Shown here piece by piece: positions 1 through 9,879 of a DNA stretch of 64,000 nt. How positions within the stretch are numbered: position 1 is the first letter of the stretch; every line of letters begins with the position of its first letter. Below the pieces are notes generated by a model. The model searched no databases. It worked only from the letters and a program-made list of their open reading frames with translations, and was not told the DNA's origin. Position numbers and translations under genes: made by a program. Source of the DNA: a virus; the IMG/VR virus record IMGVR_UViG_3300022690_002678; one strand, 5' to 3'.

Positions 1-1
1 T

Positions 2-343
2 TGGACTGGTCATATAATTAGAAAAGGTTATGGTTATTTTCATTTCGATAACAAAAATGGACTTGCTCATAGATTTGCTTACAAATATTGGAAAGGAGAG
101 ATACCCAAGGGATTAGAAATTGATCATTTATGTAATAATAAAAAATGTGTAAATCCAACTCATCTGGAAGCAGTTTCACATGCCGAAAATATGCGCAGAG
201 CAATTCTTCCCAAAGGCATCTATTCCAGTGAAGGAAAGAAAACCCATTGTCCAAGTGGACATGAGTATAATGAAAAAAACACAAGAATTTATCGAAATAT
301 AAGATATTGTATCGTATGCAGTAAGAATAGGAGGGGGTTATAA
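2..343 (+). CDS. HNH homing endonuclease (5'-truncated by window edge)
   Basis: Manual translation, frame 2: WTG..KGYG...AHRFAY...EIDHLCNNKKCVNPTHLEAVSHAENMRR...THCPSGHEY...CIVC; not in ORF track. Confidence 0.85.
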   Translation, partial: WTGHIIRKGYGYFHFDNKNGLAHRFAYKYWKGEIPKGLEIDHLCNNKKCVNPTHLEAVSHAENMRRAILPKGIYSSEGKKTHCPSGHEYNEKNTRIYRNIRYCIVCSKNRRGL

Positions 344-558
344 TCGCCACATGCCTGGGACACAGGGAAGGTACTGGATGTTATCATGTGTCTCGCTCTA
401 CACAAAAGCGTGAGAACTGGGAAAAGTGGCAGTTGTGTCACGAGTGCGCAAGAAAGCTTCATCCAGCTTATTACAAAAACAAAAAGAATCACGGAGTAAG
501 AAAAGTTTCAGGAACGCAATACAGTAACACTCCATTTAATATTTCAGAAATGCCGTAG
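340..558 (+). CDS. Small Cys/His-rich protein, probable ATA start
   Basis: Manual translation (M)IATCLGHREGTGCY...NWEKWQLCHECARKLH; paralog at 48636-48845; AGGAGG upstream; ATA overlaps HNH stop. Confidence 0.6.
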   Translation: MIATCLGHREGTGCYHVSRSTQKRENWEKWQLCHECARKLHPAYYKNKKNHGVRKVSGTQYSNTPFNISEMP

Positions 559-624
559 AATAATAATAATCTTGAATATTTTTTAAATTCATCATACCTT
601 TAATTGAGAAAGCAGCTTTATTTC

Positions 625-1866
625 ATGACACTTGTAGCTGGAAAAATGTATAGGCCATCTGATGTTACAGTTGATATTAGTGATAATTCTGTCTTTGTAG
701 TAGAGCAATTCAATCACAGAATTTCAAAATGGGATTATGTAAATTCATCTTATACTTTTACACTTGATACTTCGTGGGGAAGTAACAGTGATGGTACAAG
801 TGGGGAAGGTGGCCCTATTGGTGATGGTGGCCCAAATGATAATTCTTTGTATAGACCAACAGGAATTGCTTTTGATGATACTAATGATAGATTGTATGTA
901 ACTGATACATTTCACAATAGATTACGAACGCTTGTTGCAAGTACTGGTCTTTTTACTGTTTCAACTGGAACAGGTGGCTTTGACGCTGATCAGTTTTACC
1001 GTCCAGCAGGAATTGCAACAAATGGAGTTACTACTCCTAGTACTATAGTTATTGCTGATGAACTAAATCGCAGAGTTGTAAAATATAGTATTAGTGGTGG
1101 TGTGCCAGACACTCCAATAGTTTTAGAAGATCCTTCAGGAGTTCTCGCTATTGCTCTTGATAGTGGAGGGAGTGGATATACTATAGCTCCTGCTGTTACT
1201 ATTACTGGAGGAGGGGGAACAGGTGCAACTGCTACAGTAACAGTCAGTGCTGGTGCAGTTGAAAATAATTTTACCATAACATCAAGCGGAAGGGGATATA
1301 CTTCTGTACCAGATGTAATTATTGCTGATCCTGATACTGCTGGAACTACAGCTACTGCAACTGCAACAATTATTGGTGATCTGAGCTTTATCAGACCACA
1401 TGGTGTAGTGTATGATGTAACCGAAGATGAATTTAATATAGGTGATTCACTAAGAAGCATAATTAGTAACTATACTGTAGCTGGTGTTTTTCAAGCTCAA
1501 TTTGGAACGCCTGGAACTACTAATGACAATGTTAATTTGTTTTATCCAGGAAGTGGGGAAGGAATTCTTACTGGTGCTTCAGGTAGCCCTACAATATTTG
1601 CAGATACAAGAAACAATGCTCTAAAAACAATGCTTAATGATGCAGTTACAATAACTACGGGAGCAGTTATTAATAATATAATATCTGGATCTCCTGGAAC
1701 TGGAGATGGTCAGATTTACTGGCCTGAATCTGCATCTGCATTTGTAGATACCGCAACAAACTATGTTCTTGCAGCAAATACATACAACAATAGAGTTGAA
1801 ATATTTTCTAATCTTCTTGCTGTATTAACTGCTGAAGATCCTTTTAATTTTGGTTCTCCAGATTAA
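625..1866 (+). CDS. NHL-repeat beta-propeller virion protein with inserted Gly/Thr-rich domain
   Basis: Repeated RPxGIA..LYVTDTFHNR NHL motifs; ATG 625 lies 31 nt after the promoter motif at 594. Confidence 0.75.
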   Translation: MTLVAGKMYRPSDVTVDISDNSVFVVEQFNHRISKWDYVNSSYTFTLDTSWGSNSDGTSGEGGPIGDGGPNDNSLYRPTGIAFDDTNDRLYVTDTFHNRLRTLVASTGLFTVSTGTGGFDADQFYRPAGIATNGVTTPSTIVIADELNRRVVKYSISGGVPDTPIVLEDPSGVLAIALDSGGSGYTIAPAVTITGGGGTGATATVTVSAGAVENNFTITSSGRGYTSVPDVIIADPDTAGTTATATATIIGDLSFIRPHGVVYDVTEDEFNIGDSLRSIISNYTVAGVFQAQFGTPGTTNDNVNLFYPGSGEGILTGASGSPTIFADTRNNALKTMLNDAVTITTGAVINNIISGSPGTGDGQIYWPESASAFVDTATNYVLAANTYNNRVEIFSNLLAVLTAEDPFNFGSPD

Positions 1867-1922
1867 TCTTTAACATCTTTTAAATTCATTATACCTATAA
1901 TCAATGAAACAGCTTTTTTTTA

Positions 1923-3593
1923 ATGGGATATGGTACCAGACTACGAAATGGCTTAGCAAAACTTCTTTCCAGTGAGATGGATGTCCCAAGACATCTCACC
2001 TCAACAAGATCACTAAACATTAACTTGGTCAAAAGTGCAATGAGCAGTTCATTGCTATCTGAAATGGTACCAGGACTTTCCCAGCCAGTTTTTGGGCCAG
2101 AAATTAATTCTGTAGGCGCGTACAGTAGGGAAGGTTATACATCACGTACCTTTGATGTGCCAACAGTCTCATTTAGATTACAAGCCACTGCACTCCAGCA
2201 AGATGAAGATGTACAGCTAGCAATCAATGACTTGGCATCAAAAGTTACTGGAGGGCAGCACTACATCAAAGGAGACTCTGAAAGTTTTATAGAATACATG
2301 GAAGACTTTACTGCAAATCTTCGCTTTGATACATTTGATACTCAACTTGTAAAGGAATTATTATGGTATGGCAATTCAGTCTGGAAACCTAGAATGGGAA
2401 TCAGAAACGTTGAGCGCTTCTCCGATCTTATGCATATTCCAATTTCATCGTTTGTAAGAATTTGGTGGGATCGTCAGAGAGTAAGCTACAAACTGGAATT
2501 CCGTGGGGCAGAATACCAAGGATATCACAACCCATCGGAGGTAATGCATTTCAAATGGAATCCAGTTAACGCATCAGTCTTTGGTACGGGCTTTGGTGTA
2601 TCAGTTACATCCACTAGAGAATTTACATTGCCATTGTCTGGTGAGGATTCTGTTGACATACAACTGCCATCAATGCTTGATCGAAAATATGCAACACAGT
2701 TTATCATGCAGATGGCAGAGCAACGATACATATCACGAAACGTATGGATTGCAGATGGCGCATCAGCTGACCAGAGAGCAGTACTGCAAGCAAATATCGA
2801 AAACGCACAGATAGGACAAGATATAGTATCTGGTACTAACGTTGAAGTAAAAGAGTTAGGATCACAGGCAAGAAACTTTAATCCCGAACAATTCGCAGAT
2901 ATAACTCAAGGCCCACTATTCAAGGCACTCAATGACTTTAGAGGAAAGCAAGCTGGAGTATCAACTCATACATATGCCAATGCAGAACGTGCTGCACTAC
3001 TTGATGAACTTGGACTAACTGCATTTCCAATTTCTGTACGAGAGCAGCTAAACGAAAAACTATTCAAGCCATGGTATGATTCACATCCTTTCTTTGATAA
3101 AGCATATTATAGCGGAATGATTCCAGTTCCTTGGCATCTTACGCGCTTTGATCTAAACTTTGGACAAGTAGAGAAAAAAGACATTGCAGTGCCAGACATG
3201 ATAAAACTAATTGAACTATATCTGCAATCACCAATACCAAAAGATCCAAAACAAATCCTGAAATTATTCGAGCAGGCAGGATTGCCCATAGACGAGGATT
3301 ACATAATTACAATTGATAATGTATACAATGATCCGCACGGACAGCTTGCAATGAATAATGTACAGACACCAAACAGAACAGCGTCAGGAAATTATTTGCC
3401 AACTGCCGATATTGGCGGTGAAGATATTCCACCTGAATTCAACAACCAGGTAATGGGTTCTACTCCAATGGATAATCCGATATATGATTCAATGATGAGG
3501 GATGTACGAGGAAGTGGAAATCCCTTTGTACCTACCAATTATAGAAGATCCAACCAAAGCCAAGATTGGAATTACGGGAGAAGTTACGAATGA
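1923..3593 (+). CDS. Portal protein
   Basis: 556 aa, first gene of head module; LLWYGNSVW and VMHFKWN segments resemble portal motifs; followed by MuF/protease. Confidence 0.75.
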   Translation: MGYGTRLRNGLAKLLSSEMDVPRHLTSTRSLNINLVKSAMSSSLLSEMVPGLSQPVFGPEINSVGAYSREGYTSRTFDVPTVSFRLQATALQQDEDVQLAINDLASKVTGGQHYIKGDSESFIEYMEDFTANLRFDTFDTQLVKELLWYGNSVWKPRMGIRNVERFSDLMHIPISSFVRIWWDRQRVSYKLEFRGAEYQGYHNPSEVMHFKWNPVNASVFGTGFGVSVTSTREFTLPLSGEDSVDIQLPSMLDRKYATQFIMQMAEQRYISRNVWIADGASADQRAVLQANIENAQIGQDIVSGTNVEVKELGSQARNFNPEQFADITQGPLFKALNDFRGKQAGVSTHTYANAERAALLDELGLTAFPISVREQLNEKLFKPWYDSHPFFDKAYYSGMIPVPWHLTRFDLNFGQVEKKDIAVPDMIKLIELYLQSPIPKDPKQILKLFEQAGLPIDEDYIITIDNVYNDPHGQLAMNNVQTPNRTASGNYLPTADIGGEDIPPEFNNQVMGSTPMDNPIYDSMMRDVRGSGNPFVPTNYRRSNQSQDWNYGRSYE

Positions 3594-3832
3594 GCTTTGA
3601 TGATATAACAGATAGTGGCAACTTTACATGGAATACTGCTAGTGCAACTACAGGTAATTTTGCCCTAAGTACAGGCGGTACAGATAGTTATACATTTTAT
3701 GTAAATGGAACTGCACCTAATCCAATAATTCCTGATAAAAACTGGATGCCGTATCGGTATTTTGAATATGAACCAAGATGGCACAAGAAATATGCAAGAT
3801 ACAAATTGCAGATAGAAAAAATGTGGGATTAG
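3590..3832 (+). CDS. Hypothetical protein
   Basis: ATGA overlap with portal stop; ORF track. Confidence 0.5.
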   Translation: MSFDDITDSGNFTWNTASATTGNFALSTGGTDSYTFYVNGTAPNPIIPDKNWMPYRYFEYEPRWHKKYARYKLQIEKMWD

Positions 3833-4236
3833 ACTTTCTTTTTATCGCTAATCCCAAATACTTACATTCTAAAACAAAGCTAATCTTTGTGCCAAAAAAG
3901 CTAGATGACTGCGTAGCTAAGGTAAAAGCTAAAGGAGAAGTTGATAATCCTTGGGCAGTATGCAATGCATCTATTGGCAAAGAAGCTAAAACTCAAGAAG
4001 AAATTGCAGAGGCAATAATTCAAGAGAAGGTAAACGCAAACAGACAAGTCCCACTATTTAATCCTCCAATTACAAATCGTAAAGTAGAACCTGACATTCA
4101 GAAAACAACCAAAGGCATTGGCGGTCAGGTGGGAAAAATTGACAGCAATTCTAACACAAACAACATGACTACAGCATTATGGAAAAAAATTCTTGACGCT
4201 CAGTTGAGGCGAAATGTCAAAGAACCAAGATACTAG
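3778..4236 (+). CDS. Hypothetical head-module protein (true start possibly GTG 3889)
   Basis: PKKLDDCVAKV...DNPWAVCNAS motif; lies between portal and MuF. Confidence 0.6.
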   Translation: MAQEICKIQIADRKNVGLDFLFIANPKYLHSKTKLIFVPKKLDDCVAKVKAKGEVDNPWAVCNASIGKEAKTQEEIAEAIIQEKVNANRQVPLFNPPITNRKVEPDIQKTTKGIGGQVGKIDSNSNTNNMTTALWKKILDAQLRRNVKEPRY

Positions 4237-6163
4237 TACTAGAGAATCATTGTGTGGCAACTGCAAACATTTTGTTGCAGGCGGTCTCTGTGAACTAGTA
4301 AAGGGTCAGATAAAGGCAAAAGATACATGTGACTTGCATGCATATGGGCACCCACAACCAATTGATACAGAAGTCGATCCCAAATACAACAAGCTAGAAG
4401 TAAACTACAAGCCAGGATTTATGGTTGAGACTATACTAGAAACTACTACAGCTGATGTTGCACAAAAAGCATTACAAATGGAGCATGAGCTATTATCTCG
4501 CGGATTATCACAAACAGAAGTAGACCGAGCAGTAATTGCATATTTCTCAGAACGTGAACCGCCATATGCAGAGCCGTGGCCTGGGCCAGTTACAGGAGTT
4601 GACTTGGCAGGAACTATTAACAACAATATAGTTGTTGCAACAAGAGAGCCGTTAACAAATTTTGCAGGACTGCCAGATGACGTGCAGCCATATCCAACAC
4701 CAAATAAATCACCATACGGCATTGGAAGCTCATCATTACCATACCAGTCATTTCTTAGTCCAGATCCCAACTCCATTGGTTCTTTATCTAATGTTTATGA
4801 TGTATTAGCTACACCATACCCTGGAGACAATACTAACTGGAATGCAACTGCATCGCAGATAAACACTGAACCATCAATGCATGGCGAGCATGGATTTACA
4901 GTTGCAAAAGCAATTCCTGAATGGCGATACAACATTGAGGATTCGCAAGTGTATCCAACTAGTGTATCGCCTGATATTATACTTCCACCAAGCGGCACTA
5001 ATCGTTTAGCTGAAGCCAAAGAAAAAAAAGACACGCAAAAAAAATTGCGTAACCTTTTGCTAAAGTGGGGGTTAGTGTTAGGTGGACTGGTAGGAATCAA
5101 TAAAATTTTAGACAGTCAAGATCCAGACAAGCCACTAGAGCTATACGCAAAATACACTGCAACACTTGATGGCAAGACTTGTCCTGAATGCAGAGCTGCC
5201 AATGGTAAAGTTTTCAACTTTATTGAATTGCATAGACGACCAGTACTGCCAAGTGAGAATCTCGGATATACTACTCGTCACCCAAATTGCAGATGTAAGT
5301 GGGATGTACAGTATGATTATACAGGTAATATCGACTCACTAGATAGAAAAGAAGAATCAGAAATTCACAAGATTGAATCGCACATTAGCAATGCCGCAAA
5401 AGACGGAACACTACACAAAGTAAAAAAAGATGGAGCGCTAGAAAAAAAGACAACAAAGAAAAATCCCATAAAGGAATGTGGATGTACACATTTACCACAA
5501 TCAATTCAGTTAGAGTTACCAGTTGTAAAACTTGATACAAGATTATCTCTAACTATACAAAAAACATTACAAGAAAGCATTTCTAATCTTCGCTCAGAAT
5601 TTGATTGGCTAACTGAAGAGTATATAGAAAAGGCGCGAGAGCTTGCAGCAGATTCTGGAGGAGTGCTGTATTTGGTACGTGCAGCAGGTGAAACAATTAC
5701 AGATCACATGTCAGAAGGAGAAGCATACAGAAGAAAATTATCCGCAGATGAACTAAACTCTATGACCAGAACAGCAATTGGTAAATCTATGGACATCAAC
5801 CACCAACCAGAACTTGAAGTTGATGCAACCATACTTGATGCAGAATTTGACAAGTATAGAAAAGAGATTCAGATGTTAGTGGTAGTCCAAGATAATACAA
5901 TTAATGACGCAATTGATGATGGAAAAATTACAGCAGTATCAATTAATGGCGGCATGCCACGTTCAGAAAGTATAGAGCCATGTGATCATGATTGTACAGA
6001 TAATTGTGAGTTGTGTTTGGTTCCAAAAGGTGTAGTGTTAGGTGAACTTGATGGGATTGGTATGACCTTTGTAATTACTGATCCTAAAGGATTGTACTGG
6101 AACGGAAGATTTGTATCCAGCGCGGAACCTGGCATTAAATTCACGCGCCTCGAAAAATTATAA
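4214..6163 (+). CDS. Fusion: HiPIP-like 4-Cys domain + MuF/gp7 head morphogenesis domain + putative prohead protease
   Basis: CGNC-x8-C-x12-C at N-terminus; LDGKTCPECR...HPNCRC (MuF); C-terminal DINH...ILDAEF...ITAVSIN segment resembles capsid maturation proteases; precedes scaffold. Confidence 0.7.
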   Translation: MSKNQDTSTRESLCGNCKHFVAGGLCELVKGQIKAKDTCDLHAYGHPQPIDTEVDPKYNKLEVNYKPGFMVETILETTTADVAQKALQMEHELLSRGLSQTEVDRAVIAYFSEREPPYAEPWPGPVTGVDLAGTINNNIVVATREPLTNFAGLPDDVQPYPTPNKSPYGIGSSSLPYQSFLSPDPNSIGSLSNVYDVLATPYPGDNTNWNATASQINTEPSMHGEHGFTVAKAIPEWRYNIEDSQVYPTSVSPDIILPPSGTNRLAEAKEKKDTQKKLRNLLLKWGLVLGGLVGINKILDSQDPDKPLELYAKYTATLDGKTCPECRAANGKVFNFIELHRRPVLPSENLGYTTRHPNCRCKWDVQYDYTGNIDSLDRKEESEIHKIESHISNAAKDGTLHKVKKDGALEKKTTKKNPIKECGCTHLPQSIQLELPVVKLDTRLSLTIQKTLQESISNLRSEFDWLTEEYIEKARELAADSGGVLYLVRAAGETITDHMSEGEAYRRKLSADELNSMTRTAIGKSMDINHQPELEVDATILDAEFDKYRKEIQMLVVVQDNTINDAIDDGKITAVSINGGMPRSESIEPCDHDCTDNCELCLVPKGVVLGELDGIGMTFVITDPKGLYWNGRFVSSAEPGIKFTRLEKL

Positions 6164-6186
6164 TAATACAATTTTTTATTAAACTC

Positions 6187-6272
6187 GTCAGGGTCGCCAA
6201 GCATGGTAAGGCGTGTGTTTGATAAACACTTGTTGTACCCTCAACTCATGGGTTCAAATCCCATCCCTGACG
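6187..6272 (+). tRNA. Type II tRNA with Ser-like body and GAT (Ile) anticodon
   Basis: Acceptor GTCAGGG/CCCTGAC, G73; D arm GCC-AAGCATGGTAA-GGC; loop TTGATAA (GAT 6221-6223); long variable arm GTTG/CAAC; T arm ATGGG-TTCAAAT-CCCAT. Confidence 0.8.
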
Positions 6273-6341
6273 GGTTTATGAATTAATTAAAGATACCTTT
6301 TATTTAAAAATACCTTTAATCGTACCTCAGATCTTTTCTTA

Positions 6342-6449
6342 TTGCCACCTGAATTAAACGAATCACTGAACATGTATAATTATACAAAATCATTTCTAAA
6401 AGAGGACAAGTCTTTCCAAAAAAACTGGAAGAAACTATTCAAAAAATAA
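6342..6449 (+). CDS. 35-aa peptide predicted from promoter spacing
   Basis: TTG exactly 32 nt after ATACCTTTAA at 6310; MPPELNESLNMYNYTKSFLKEDKSFQKNWKKLFKK. Confidence 0.4.
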   Translation: MPPELNESLNMYNYTKSFLKEDKSFQKNWKKLFKK

Positions 6450-6704
6450 CCTAATTTTCTTTTTTAAATTTTCTATATCTTCAGGATAAATGTTTTCAAT
6501 CTCTTCTCCCATCTCTTTTCTTATTCTTCCATAAACTGAAATTGCATTTAGTGTATTATCTAATAGAGCATTAAGAATTTTTTCTTTAGAGTGCTCATCA
6601 ATTGCGCATACAAGTTCATCATGTGCAATTTTTGCGCCCTCTACAATTTCTCTATACAACAACCATAATCGTTTCACTTTTTCATTATCATCCATAACAA
6701 ACAA
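6435..6704 (-). CDS. Hypothetical protein
   Basis: 89-aa helical ORF in an otherwise unoccupied gap. Confidence 0.55.
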   Translation of the reverse strand: MFVMDDNEKVKRLWLLYREIVEGAKIAHDELVCAIDEHSKEKILNALLDNTLNAISVYGRIRKEMGEEIENIYPEDIENLKKKIRLFFE

Positions 6705-6780
6705 ATTTTTTTAATCTATAAAAATCTTAAATCTTTTTTAAATTGATTATACCTTTAAGGAGAATATCTATTCCTAATTA

Positions 6781-7896
6781 TTGCGACTAATCAAAAAATT
6801 ACAAGAATGTGCTACTATGGGTCAGGCAGATCCTATCCTAACCAGACTAGGAGCTACTACGTCAGTGAAAAAATGTGTAGAGACTGCAATTGGTTTATCA
6901 AATTCACAAGACCCTCAGCAAAGAAATCTCGCTTATTCATTTATGGAATCAGCAATCAAAGAACTAGAAGATGACAAGAATAAAATCCATGAAGAAGAAG
7001 ACGATGATGAAAAAACAAGAGAAGAAATGGGAATGCACAGCCATGAAGACGGCCTAAACAATCACAAACTATCAGAAGAGCATGAAGATAGAGATGAGAA
7101 AAAATTACATGAAGAAAAAGAAGATGATGATCATAAAATCCATGAAGAAGAATTATCAAACCATAACCAAGGAGGAAGAACTAGAGGCTCTGAGCAATCA
7201 ACTGATAATGAAGAGCCATATCCAGGTGAAGGAAAAGATACCACCACTGGCGAAAAGCCAATGCAGGACATGGATGATACTGTTAACCAATGGAGCGAGA
7301 CTAATGGCGTAGTTGTTCCTGGATTGCCACCAACTGAGATGGGAAATCCTAACGGCGCACCTAATGTAATGCCTAACGGAATGCCAAATGGAGTACCAAA
7401 TGGCCCCCCACAAATGCCAGGATTAGCACCAGACATTGCCCAAGAAATGGGAATGAACATGCCACCACCACCAGACATGAACACAAACCAGATGATGAGA
7501 CAAATGCAATATACAATAAACTATGCCATAACTAACAATAACAGAAAATTCCTAGAGCCAATGAGTCATATTATAAAAACCCAAAGAGAGGCACTTGATG
7601 ATCAAAAACGTGCAATAAAGAAACTATCAATAGAACTGCGAGAAACCAAAGTATCTAGTGGTTCTATGAAACTAGACATTGATACAATGCGCCAAAACGC
7701 AAATGCAACATTTAGAGAAACAACATCAACTCCAGTGCTTGAAAATTTCCCAAACGATTCAATATACCAAGCAGGTAGAGTATCTGCATTACAACCATTA
7801 CCAAACTATCAAAGAGTTAAAGTTGACATTGCAAGATCAGAGATAGAACAGATGGATAAAATACTAAACAGCAACAAGAATCCAATGTATACCTAG
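6781..7896 (+). CDS. Capsid scaffolding protein
   Basis: Acidic His-Glu repeats, PNG repeats, C-terminal coiled coil; position between protease and decoration/MCP; promoter motif at -32. Confidence 0.65.
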   Translation: MRLIKKLQECATMGQADPILTRLGATTSVKKCVETAIGLSNSQDPQQRNLAYSFMESAIKELEDDKNKIHEEEDDDEKTREEMGMHSHEDGLNNHKLSEEHEDRDEKKLHEEKEDDDHKIHEEELSNHNQGGRTRGSEQSTDNEEPYPGEGKDTTTGEKPMQDMDDTVNQWSETNGVVVPGLPPTEMGNPNGAPNVMPNGMPNGVPNGPPQMPGLAPDIAQEMGMNMPPPPDMNTNQMMRQMQYTINYAITNNNRKFLEPMSHIIKTQREALDDQKRAIKKLSIELRETKVSSGSMKLDIDTMRQNANATFRETTSTPVLENFPNDSIYQAGRVSALQPLPNYQRVKVDIARSEIEQMDKILNSNKNPMYT

Positions 7897-8096
7897 AACT
7901 GAAATTTATTATTTTAATTTATAAAATTGTTTTTCTTGTTTGCAAATTTATTTTTTACCAGTCTCTTGCACAAATTTCTCATTTGCAGTATTGTAATTTT
8001 ATTATAAAACAATTCATTTACAAACTATACATTAAAGTATTTTGTAAAAAATAAATTTTCAATATATGATTATCTTTAATCTTTTTTAAATTCGTC

Positions 8097-8106
8097 ATAC
8101 CTTTAA
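8097..8106 (+). promoter_or_regulatory. Representative copy of viral promoter motif ATACCYTTAW (14 copies at 31-32 nt before start codons)
   Basis: Copies start at 594, 1891, 6310, 6749, 8097, 10553, 10983, 16753, 20946, 23363, 23837, 28719, 36992, 47359 (variants at 1891 and 28719); off-spacing copies at 6293, 34380, 38446. Confidence 0.85.
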
Positions 8107-8128
8107 GGAGAATACACATTACAATTTA

Positions 8129-8656
8129 TTGACTAATCAATTTCTAGGACTAGCAAGAGGCCCAATAGATCATGAATCTAGTTCCGTAATTAATGTAATT
8201 GCAAATGGAACAATCCAAATGGGAAGTGCAGTAAAATTATTTGATTTAACAACTACAGTACCTGCTGAAATTTTACCAAGAGCAGAAGAAATTACTGGGA
8301 TAGGAGATATAACTTATGGAATTGTAGTTGGTGGTGACACTGACGGAATTTATGGTGACGGTACTGCTAATACTGGTACTGACATTTCAAATGTAGCAGC
8401 TGAATCTGCTGGAGAGGGAGTTGTTGTAGTAACGCAAGGAAGATGTCTTGCTAGGGTTGCAGGTTTTGATCAGGCTGGATCTGGTGCGAATATTAGTATA
8501 GGAAATGCATTGGCTGCTTCATCAACTGATGATGGTGTTTTAGTCCAAGCTAGTTCCACAAGCGGAATAATAATTGCAAGACCTTTACAGACTGTTATAT
8601 CTGGAGAGACAGATATCATCGCAGTTGATGTTCAAAGAGAAGGGTTGTTAACATAG
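8129..8656 (+). CDS. Capsid decoration/cement protein
   Basis: 175 aa directly before MCP; GEGVVVVTQG...IGNALAASSTDDG pattern typical of beta-tulip head decoration proteins. Confidence 0.65.
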   Translation: MTNQFLGLARGPIDHESSSVINVIANGTIQMGSAVKLFDLTTTVPAEILPRAEEITGIGDITYGIVVGGDTDGIYGDGTANTGTDISNVAAESAGEGVVVVTQGRCLARVAGFDQAGSGANISIGNALAASSTDDGVLVQASSTSGIIIARPLQTVISGETDIIAVDVQREGLLT

Positions 8657-8658
8657 AT

Positions 8659-9879
8659 ATGGCTTCTTCAAAATCTAAACACAACAGGCAATCAATATTA
8701 CAACTAAAAGAAATGGCACATGTCCAAGAGGCATTAGTGGCTAGTGCAGAAGCACAACAAAGAATGGGAAAACCATTTGATATATTTAGACCAATCAGAG
8801 AGACACCACTATCAGTATTTTTTGATAAAGCCAATCCTAACGGATTTGAGGAAGGCAGACTAAATCCAAACCTACCAACAATCTGGAAGCATCGCTATGG
8901 AATCAGAATTGGTGATGAAGCTAGAGGTAATATGAGAATTGCAGGAAAGGAACTCAAAGAGACAGTTTCAGTACCTAACACACTATCTGCACTAAAGATT
9001 GCAGATGAAATACTAGAAGGAGCAGAACCATGGAGCGATTGGAAACAATATGCTCGTTTGATAGACATGGACGCTCCAAAAGTAAATGTTCCTTTGACTA
9101 AATATACAGATACGGTTGGTGGAGATCCATCAAACCAGAAAGGACTAGAGATTTACAAGGAAGCAGGTGGAACTCCTCCAGCTATAGGTGGAAAAGTTAC
9201 TACAGTAGAACTTGATACATCAGGTACAAACAACTCATTTCGTGGAACCATTTCTGTAAACAGAAATGACGTAAAGGACAACAATTTTTTGGCCGTAGAA
9301 CAATCGCTGAAAAATGCTGGCAACGAATTTTATTTCATGATTGGTAAAAAAATTATTGATACACTAGTTGATGGTCTTACTGCAACTGCTGGTGATAATG
9401 TACAGACAAAAGCTGATCTTGCAAACAACACTCCAGTGCAAGAAGAACTAGAAGCATTAGTAGAAGTTATTCGTTCAAGATTTCCTGGCGTTCAAAGAAA
9501 TAGAGCAGACACTATGTTTATGAATCCATCAGATGCAGCACTAACTGTAAAGACTGCATCAACTGGTGGTTTCTATCCGTTCTTTAACAGATTTGAGTTA
9601 GGCCCAACTGATGATACAGATGTAATTAACAACTCTGGTTTAGCACAGTCACTTGGTTTGCGCGCGGTCTGGGAGACCCCACAGATAGATGTAGGAAGTG
9701 TTTTGATTACAAAGCGCGATATCGCTGAGGTGGTCGGCCTTAGAGAAGATCTCACTATTGAGAACTTCGATCTTTCAGTCGGCGGAATTTATAATTCCGA
9801 TTTAGTTGTACGAATAGATGTGAAGGAAGCTCATTCAGATGTTGGCGCATTTCTTATTACTTCGTATGATGTACAATGA
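8659..9879 (+). CDS. Major capsid protein (HK97 fold)
   Basis: 406 aa; EAGGTPP E-loop-like segment, ISVNRNDVKD, TMFMNPSD, LGLRAVWETPQI, VGLREDLTIE; position in head module. Confidence 0.85.
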   Translation: MASSKSKHNRQSILQLKEMAHVQEALVASAEAQQRMGKPFDIFRPIRETPLSVFFDKANPNGFEEGRLNPNLPTIWKHRYGIRIGDEARGNMRIAGKELKETVSVPNTLSALKIADEILEGAEPWSDWKQYARLIDMDAPKVNVPLTKYTDTVGGDPSNQKGLEIYKEAGGTPPAIGGKVTTVELDTSGTNNSFRGTISVNRNDVKDNNFLAVEQSLKNAGNEFYFMIGKKIIDTLVDGLTATAGDNVQTKADLANNTPVQEELEALVEVIRSRFPGVQRNRADTMFMNPSDAALTVKTASTGGFYPFFNRFELGPTDDTDVINNSGLAQSLGLRAVWETPQIDVGSVLITKRDIAEVVGLREDLTIENFDLSVGGIYNSDLVVRIDVKEAHSDVGAFLITSYDVQ

